IMG/VR virus record: IMGVR_UViG_3300045988_168409
Length of the DNA stretch: 64,000 nucleotides
Strand: one strand, 5' to 3'
Origin: a virus
Both the position numbers and the translations under genes were made by a program. The notes below the pieces were generated by a model that did not search any database, was not told the origin of the DNA, and saw only the letters and a program-made list of their open reading frames with translations. Positions 58,869 through 64,000 of the stretch are shown piece by piece; positions within the stretch are counted from its first letter, which is position 1; every line of letters starts with the position of its first letter.

Positions 58869-60636
58869 CAAAACTGCACGGGAAATGCCGCAGGACTATT
58901 TCGCGCGATATATGGCGTCTCTCGGGCAGGAATACCAGGCTCTGCCGATGGACAGCGTGTATCAGGCATTTATGGGCGCGGGCGGCATGGGGTATATGCT
59001 CAACTGGCCATATATCCAGAACAAGCGCGTCAAAAGCGTCAATTCGCTGCCCGCCAATTTCAGCAAAGACGACATCGAGCAGATGGTGGCGGCTCCGGAG
59101 GGAAACGAACAGGCGCTCCGCCAGGTGTCCGCCGCGCTTGCGTCCAGCACCAAGACCTATGACCTGATTCTCCAGACATATCAGGACGTATTGACCTACG
59201 ACTGGTATGTATATCCGGGATATACACCGGAAAAGCCGGACAAGGCGACGCAGCTGCGCGAGTATGCCATGGCGATAAAGCTCGCGGAAACCATGAATAT
59301 CAAGGCGAAAGCCCATGAGATCGTTGGCCTGTGCGCGCAGTACGGCAAGGTGTTTTACACGCCGCGCATTTCCATGGACAAGAGCCACGGGAAGGTGAAT
59401 TACGCCTTTCTCCAGCAGCTCCCGGAAGATTACATCAAAATCGTCGGTTGGAACAACGGACCGGGAAAGTACACGATCGCATTCAACCTGATGTACTTCG
59501 TGCAGCCGGGAAACGACTGGCGGCAGTTCGGCGATCTGTTCCGGCCTTATATGCAGTCGTTCTACTCCGTGGTGCAGCCGGAAGGCAAATATGTGTACTC
59601 TTCGCAGGAACACCGGTCTCAGAATTACCGAATCGACACAGACAAATTTGAGACCGCGAAAATGAACGAACTGCCCGGCGCGCCGGAATGGCAGTATGCC
59701 GGGAATAAGTGGTTCTACTGGGTCATTCTCCCCGCCGATAAGGTCTTCTCGTTTGAGATCGTAGACCGAAACGCGCTCATGGCACCGCCGACGACCGGCA
59801 TGATGGTGTCCTTGACGCAGATACCGAACTACGAAGCGGCGCAGATGGAAGTCATCCTGAACCCGCTGACGAGCGTTCTGACCGGCAGTTTGGAGACTTA
59901 CGACCCGAAAGGATCTTCCAACGCCGACCCGGTTCGCGTATCGGAAAAGACGAGACGGCTCTTCGAGGCGTATTGGTACCAGATGCTTCAGGCGACCAAT
60001 ACGTCCGGCATCGGATTGTATCTCGCGCCGGCGGATGATTTGAAGCTGCAGACACTTTCGGACACGGTTTCCAACACGAATATCACGTCCACGGCGCTCA
60101 ACGACCAGATCCTGAAAGCCGGTCTTACGGCGCTTATTCCTACGACGAATGACCCGAAGGTCGGCGTGGCACAGCTCTCCGCGCAGATCCAGGCGCGGTA
60201 TCCGATGCTCATCTACTGGGCGATCGAGCGGATGATGAACTGGGTCTTTGAGCAGCAGCGGTTCAAATGCCCGTTCAAGTTCCGCATGTTCGGCGACATC
60301 TTCTCGCGGAAAGAAGAGATCGAGAGCGCCCGACAGGGGGCGACGCTCGGCATTCTTCCGGAAACGCTGAAATATGACGCGCTGATGGGGCATTCGCTGC
60401 TGGATGACATGGCGATCTCCGATTTCGTTTCGGGGAGCGGGATCCTTGATAAGCGCAAACCGCTTGTCACGTCCTACAGCGCCAAGCAGGACACGTCAGG
60501 GCTGCCGCCGCAGGCAAAAAAAGACCTGAACCCGGGCGGACGACCGGCGGAAGACGGATCCATCAACGGGGAAGTCACGGAGAAAGTGAAAATCGACGCA
60601 CGGCTCCTTGATGAGCTGAGGCGCGCTTTGGAGTGA
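58849..60636 (+). CDS. Portal protein
   Basis: 595 aa; size and position after terL. Confidence 0.7.
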   Translation: MPQETNNKTAREMPQDYFARYMASLGQEYQALPMDSVYQAFMGAGGMGYMLNWPYIQNKRVKSVNSLPANFSKDDIEQMVAAPEGNEQALRQVSAALASSTKTYDLILQTYQDVLTYDWYVYPGYTPEKPDKATQLREYAMAIKLAETMNIKAKAHEIVGLCAQYGKVFYTPRISMDKSHGKVNYAFLQQLPEDYIKIVGWNNGPGKYTIAFNLMYFVQPGNDWRQFGDLFRPYMQSFYSVVQPEGKYVYSSQEHRSQNYRIDTDKFETAKMNELPGAPEWQYAGNKWFYWVILPADKVFSFEIVDRNALMAPPTTGMMVSLTQIPNYEAAQMEVILNPLTSVLTGSLETYDPKGSSNADPVRVSEKTRRLFEAYWYQMLQATNTSGIGLYLAPADDLKLQTLSDTVSNTNITSTALNDQILKAGLTALIPTTNDPKVGVAQLSAQIQARYPMLIYWAIERMMNWVFEQQRFKCPFKFRMFGDIFSRKEEIESARQGATLGILPETLKYDALMGHSLLDDMAISDFVSGSGILDKRKPLVTSYSAKQDTSGLPPQAKKDLNPGGRPAEDGSINGEVTEKVKIDARLLDELRRALE

Positions 60637-60646
60637 GGTGAGCGAG

Positions 60647-61174
60647 ATGCGAGAGTTCAGAGGGGCATACCGGAACGAACGGTATGCGGGGCTCTATGAG
60701 CCAATGCGCCGCGCTATGGCGGCAATGGGCAAGGCGATGTGGTGGTTTGCCGCGCTCAAAGAGCAGACGTGGTATCAGGGCTACGCCGGCGTTACGGCGG
60801 CCATCCACGCGCTGGAGCACAAACAGCCAGAGTACATCGACGAGCTGAAGGACATTATGGCAAAGCTGGGACTGCCGCTGAGCTACCCGCCCATTCCGGA
60901 GCTCGATATGGAGTATCCGGGGCTCTCCGGTACGTTCGACATGTGCATCGGTCTTCTCGATGAAGTAAATGATGCGCTGTCCGGCATCGTGGAAGTCTGC
61001 GATACGGCCAATTATGAGCCGCTGGCACGCTATGCCGAAAACGTACAGATGGAAAACTTTCAGGACCGGCAGTGGCTCGTAGAAGCAAACACCATGGCAG
61101 AAAACGGCGACGGCAGCACGACCTCTTACGACAGCTGGTTCGTGAACATCCTGAAAGCGCCGCAGAAGCAGTAA
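60647..61174 (+). CDS. Helical protein with ferritin/Dps-like flavour (uncertain)
   Basis: 175 aa from ATG 60647; ...AAIHALEHKQPEYIDELKDIMAKLGLP... resembles Dps helix B-C region by eye. Confidence 0.4.
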   Translation: MREFRGAYRNERYAGLYEPMRRAMAAMGKAMWWFAALKEQTWYQGYAGVTAAIHALEHKQPEYIDELKDIMAKLGLPLSYPPIPELDMEYPGLSGTFDMCIGLLDEVNDALSGIVEVCDTANYEPLARYAENVQMENFQDRQWLVEANTMAENGDGSTTSYDSWFVNILKAPQKQ

Positions 61175-61191
61175 GCGGGAGGGAAAACCGC

Positions 61192-62580
61192 ATGGCAAAA
61201 AATCGATACAAACCGAACGGCGACGACGGGAAGAGCCTGAGCTTTTCCGGCAAGCTGAAAATCCTTGAGGCAGTAAACCGGAAACTGTTCCGCGTGGAAG
61301 TTTGGGCGCTGAACAACGAGGTCAACCGGAACGGTTGGAAATATATCAATCTGGATTCGCATCTGAGCGAATTTGAGGATATCCCGCTCCTGACTGCATA
61401 TCTGCAGGACGGGACGATCGGAGACGGGCATAATTACGACACAAAAGTAGACCCCGCCACCGGAAAAGAATACGTTTCGTTCACCGCGCCGGACGCGGAA
61501 CGGATCGTTGGATGGGTGCCGAAGAACGCGCCACGCCGCATTGAGCGGGACGGCGGCACCGACTGGGTAGTTGTTACGGGTTATCTGTGGGCATGGTACA
61601 GCAAGGAGCTTGTTGACAAGATCGCCGGACAGGGCGGCGGCCTTGACGTGTCTGTGGAGACCCTTGTGACGAAGGAACACCGCGAAAACGGTGTGGATGT
61701 CGAGGAAGAATATCTGATTCTCGGTATCACCATTCTCGGCAATGGAGTACGCCCCGCCGTGCCGGGCGCGAACATCCAAGCGCTTGCCGCAATGAGAGCG
61801 AGCAGCGAAAGACGGGAAATTCTGAAAGCTGCGTCGCTGGATGACGCCCCGCACGGAACCAATAAACCTGAGAAACAAGGAGTGAGAGTAAATATGCTTT
61901 CCAAAAAGCGTCTGGATGATCTGACGGCGAAGTTCAACGGCTTCACCTGCATCGGCGCTTCTGAGGATACCAAGGTGCTCGCACTGCTCAATGAGAGCGG
62001 CGACCCGCACCTTTATGTTTCCGAGGACAGCGACATGGGCAGTGTGATCCCCGAACGGATCCGTCAGGCGTCTGCCACCGTTACTTTCTCTGCCGGCGAC
62101 GACAATGTGCAGACGGATTTTGAGTCTGCTCTGACCGTTGCCATGAGTCGCTGCAATGCGGCGGAGAAAGAGCTGAAAGAAACGAAAGAGCGGCTGGAAG
62201 CCGTGGAGAAGTCTCTTTCCACCGCCGTTAACCGCGAGAAGTCCCGCCGTCTGGAAGCGGCTAAGAGCGCTTGCAGCGACGAGCTTGCCCGCATCAACCA
62301 GAACCGTCCCGAGGACCGCCGCTTCAGCGATGAACTCTGCAAGGATCTCATGGAGAAGATCAACAACAACGAGTTCACCGAGGCCGAAGATGCCGACGGC
62401 AACTGGACGGGTGACAAGGCGATCCGCGCCGCCGTCAAGGGCCTCTGCATGGACGAGCAGATGCGCATGGACGCGGAAGACCGCAAGGCTGACAAGACCT
62501 ACTTCCAGTGGGGCATGAAGCCGAACAGCAAGACCGAGGAACCGCACACTATCGGCGAGAAGATGCGGGCCGGTATCTGA
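61192..62580 (+). CDS. Prohead protease/scaffold-like protein (by position; C-terminal coiled coil)
   Basis: 462 aa from ATG 61192; between portal and capsid genes. Confidence 0.45.
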   Translation: MAKNRYKPNGDDGKSLSFSGKLKILEAVNRKLFRVEVWALNNEVNRNGWKYINLDSHLSEFEDIPLLTAYLQDGTIGDGHNYDTKVDPATGKEYVSFTAPDAERIVGWVPKNAPRRIERDGGTDWVVVTGYLWAWYSKELVDKIAGQGGGLDVSVETLVTKEHRENGVDVEEEYLILGITILGNGVRPAVPGANIQALAAMRASSERREILKAASLDDAPHGTNKPEKQGVRVNMLSKKRLDDLTAKFNGFTCIGASEDTKVLALLNESGDPHLYVSEDSDMGSVIPERIRQASATVTFSAGDDNVQTDFESALTVAMSRCNAAEKELKETKERLEAVEKSLSTAVNREKSRRLEAAKSACSDELARINQNRPEDRRFSDELCKDLMEKINNNEFTEAEDADGNWTGDKAIRAAVKGLCMDEQMRMDAEDRKADKTYFQWGMKPNSKTEEPHTIGEKMRAGI

Positions 62581-62597
62581 CACGAGAAAAGGAGTGA

Positions 62598-63161
62598 ATG
62601 AAAATGAGTTTCACGGCTAAAACCGCTTTTCAGCCCCGTATGTGGAACAACCGCCACAACGATCTTCAGAACGTTGCCGGTGAGTTCGGTGCCATGGTCA
62701 GCGAGACCTGGACGCCTGCCGACTGCAGCGCCGGTATGTTCTGCGTGAAGGGCGACCACCTGCCTCATGGCGGCTACAAAATGACCGTCGCCGCCAACGG
62801 CACTGGCGACATCTATATCTGCAATCCCGGCGACGTGCAGCGCGGCGTGATCGGCACGCAGCTTTATGCTGAGGGCATCAACACCCTCGGGCTTGGCGCT
62901 CCGGCCGGCCGCCTGGCGACCTACACCAAGGCTATCCCCGGCGAGACCTATGCCTTCGGCGACGGCAACTTCTCGACGGTGATGTCCGAGACCAACAAGT
63001 ACGCGACCATTACCAACGGCCTGCTGGTCGGCACCAACGCCGCCCCCGCGGCCGGCAGCGGCATCTATTTCGAGCTGGACGCGGCTCTCGGCATTGACAA
63101 GTTCACCGAGGGCAACACGGTTCCTTTCAACCGTTACAACGTCCTTTGCCGCAACATTTGA
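62598..63161 (+). CDS. Head protein (decoration or accessory capsid protein candidate)
   Basis: 187 aa (ATG 62598 or 62604), AAAGGAG RBS. Confidence 0.45.
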   Translation: MKMSFTAKTAFQPRMWNNRHNDLQNVAGEFGAMVSETWTPADCSAGMFCVKGDHLPHGGYKMTVAANGTGDIYICNPGDVQRGVIGTQLYAEGINTLGLGAPAGRLATYTKAIPGETYAFGDGNFSTVMSETNKYATITNGLLVGTNAAPAAGSGIYFELDAALGIDKFTEGNTVPFNRYNVLCRNI

Positions 63162-63180
63162 GAGAGGGGGATAACGAGAA

Positions 63181-64000
63181 ATGGAGTCTCTGAAACTTAA
63201 TTCCGGTCTCGCCCTGCTGAACAGCAGCAAGGTGAGTTCTGACGCAAGAGAACAGCTTGTCATGGAAGGACAGGCGCTGGTTCTTGAATCCGTTGGTATG
63301 GCGAAGAACAAGGCCCTGTCCAAGGCGCAGCGCCCGACCGTCGATTTCGGCAGCTCTTTCAAGAGCGCGTCGGATTACGAGAAGTACGCCCGCAAGTGGA
63401 CGGACGATGTTCTCCACTTCTGCGCCAAGAAGGTCAACGACTTCAATGGCACGCGCACCAGCCGTGACGAGAAGGCGACCTTTACCGATCCGCGCCTTGC
63501 GGCCAACCCCATGTATCTGCAGCTCATGAGCTCCGTCATGAACGACGTGCTGTACACCACCACGCCCTACGTTGTCAACGAGCTCGTCGGCGATATGGTG
63601 AGCACCGTCACCACGCCCAAGGGTCAGACCTACACGGCGGGGATCACCTCCAACGCGGTGTTCCAGTGGCATGACACCACCTGGACCTCCCTGCGCTCCG
63701 TGCCGGAAGACCAGCTCTACCACAAGACCATCGCGCTGAACCCGACGCCGCGCGCTTGCCGCGGCCGCATCAACTACTACCAGATGGTCGGCAACGGCCT
63801 GAATATGGTGGACACGCTGGCGGCTCTCGCCGGCGGCTACGGCGCCATGATTATGCGCATCTTCACCGATGCCTTTACCAAGGCCGCCGCCGACACCACC
63901 TATGTTCCCGCGGCTCTGACCGCGACCGGCTACACCGATCAGAACTGGGCAAAGATCGTGCAGAACGTGGCGAAGGCCAACCGTGTCCGCCGCACCGACA
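63181..64000 (+). CDS. Major capsid protein candidate (5' part; ORF open at window end)
   Basis: ATG 63181 behind GAGAGGGGG; 273 codons without a stop to position 64000; not in track because it has no stop; position after scaffold/decoration genes. Confidence 0.55.
   Translation, partial: MESLKLNSGLALLNSSKVSSDAREQLVMEGQALVLESVGMAKNKALSKAQRPTVDFGSSFKSASDYEKYARKWTDDVLHFCAKKVNDFNGTRTSRDEKATFTDPRLAANPMYLQLMSSVMNDVLYTTTPYVVNELVGDMVSTVTTPKGQTYTAGITSNAVFQWHDTTWTSLRSVPEDQLYHKTIALNPTPRACRGRINYYQMVGNGLNMVDTLAALAGGYGAMIMRIFTDAFTKAAADTTYVPAALTATGYTDQNWAKIVQNVAKANRVRRTD

Larger units (their letters stand above)
1..64000. mobile_element. Temperate siphovirus-like phage / prophage DNA (window lies entirely inside it)
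   Basis: Contiguous tail, lysis, lysogeny, recombination/replication, packaging and head modules; integrase next to a tRNA-derived att core; no host housekeeping genes recognised. Confidence 0.85.

Noticed and set aside
1-64000. CRISPR array, DGR or retron
   Set aside because: There are no regularly spaced direct repeats with unique spacers. No reverse-transcriptase motif (YxDD context) appears in any long ORF. The only similar module pair (8444-8620 and 11244-11417) differs at all base types, not only at adenines.

Overview
The whole 64-kb window reads as temperate siphovirus-type phage or prophage DNA. It is GC-rich, uses AGGAGG-type RBSs and has tightly packed, often overlapping ORFs. I found no rRNA, no complete tRNA, no CRISPR array, no reverse transcriptase and no convincing host housekeeping block. 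There are three arms. Arm A (1-15.3 kb, + strand) holds tail genes (tube, 1419-aa tape measure, Dit/Tal-like proteins, several fibre proteins), a CHAP endolysin and a metallophosphoesterase, and ends in a terminator. Arm B (15.4-44.2 kb) is a very large accessory/early arm. It carries about 45 leftward ORFs: a XerC/D-like recombinase with a NifS-like cysteine desulfurase, an Arc-like/antirepressor pair, a ThyX-like gene with an in-frame HNH endonuclease, an SSB, an N6/N4 methyltransferase, a GT2 glycosyltransferase, single-gene cassettes and a YafQ toxin module. It also carries about 25 rightward ORFs: an unusual C5 methyltransferase, two Lar-like proteins, DUF551-like paralogs, an ASCH protein and a sigma factor. 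Arm C (44.4-64 kb) starts with an att core that is the 3' half of a tRNA-Gln. It continues with the integrase, a cI/cro-type switch, YqaJ exonuclease/RecT/SSB, a replication organiser with internal iterons, DnaB, terminase, portal, a protease/scaffold-like gene and a capsid ORF that runs off the window. The observations I rate highest are: (1) a circularly permuted C5 cytosine methyltransferase (motifs IV-X, then I-II) with no canonical start and an in-frame TAA upstream; (2) nine copies of a GG-TTGCAA-N17-CATATA promoter-like element spread over all three arms; (3) a recombinase plus cysteine desulfurase operon; (4) a ThyX-like gene carrying an in-frame HNH endonuclease; (5) a P22 immI-like arc/ant locus with a convergent consensus promoter; (6) a three-gene YafQ toxin module with a split DinJ-like antitoxin. 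All functional calls come from motif recognition by eye. No database search was run.
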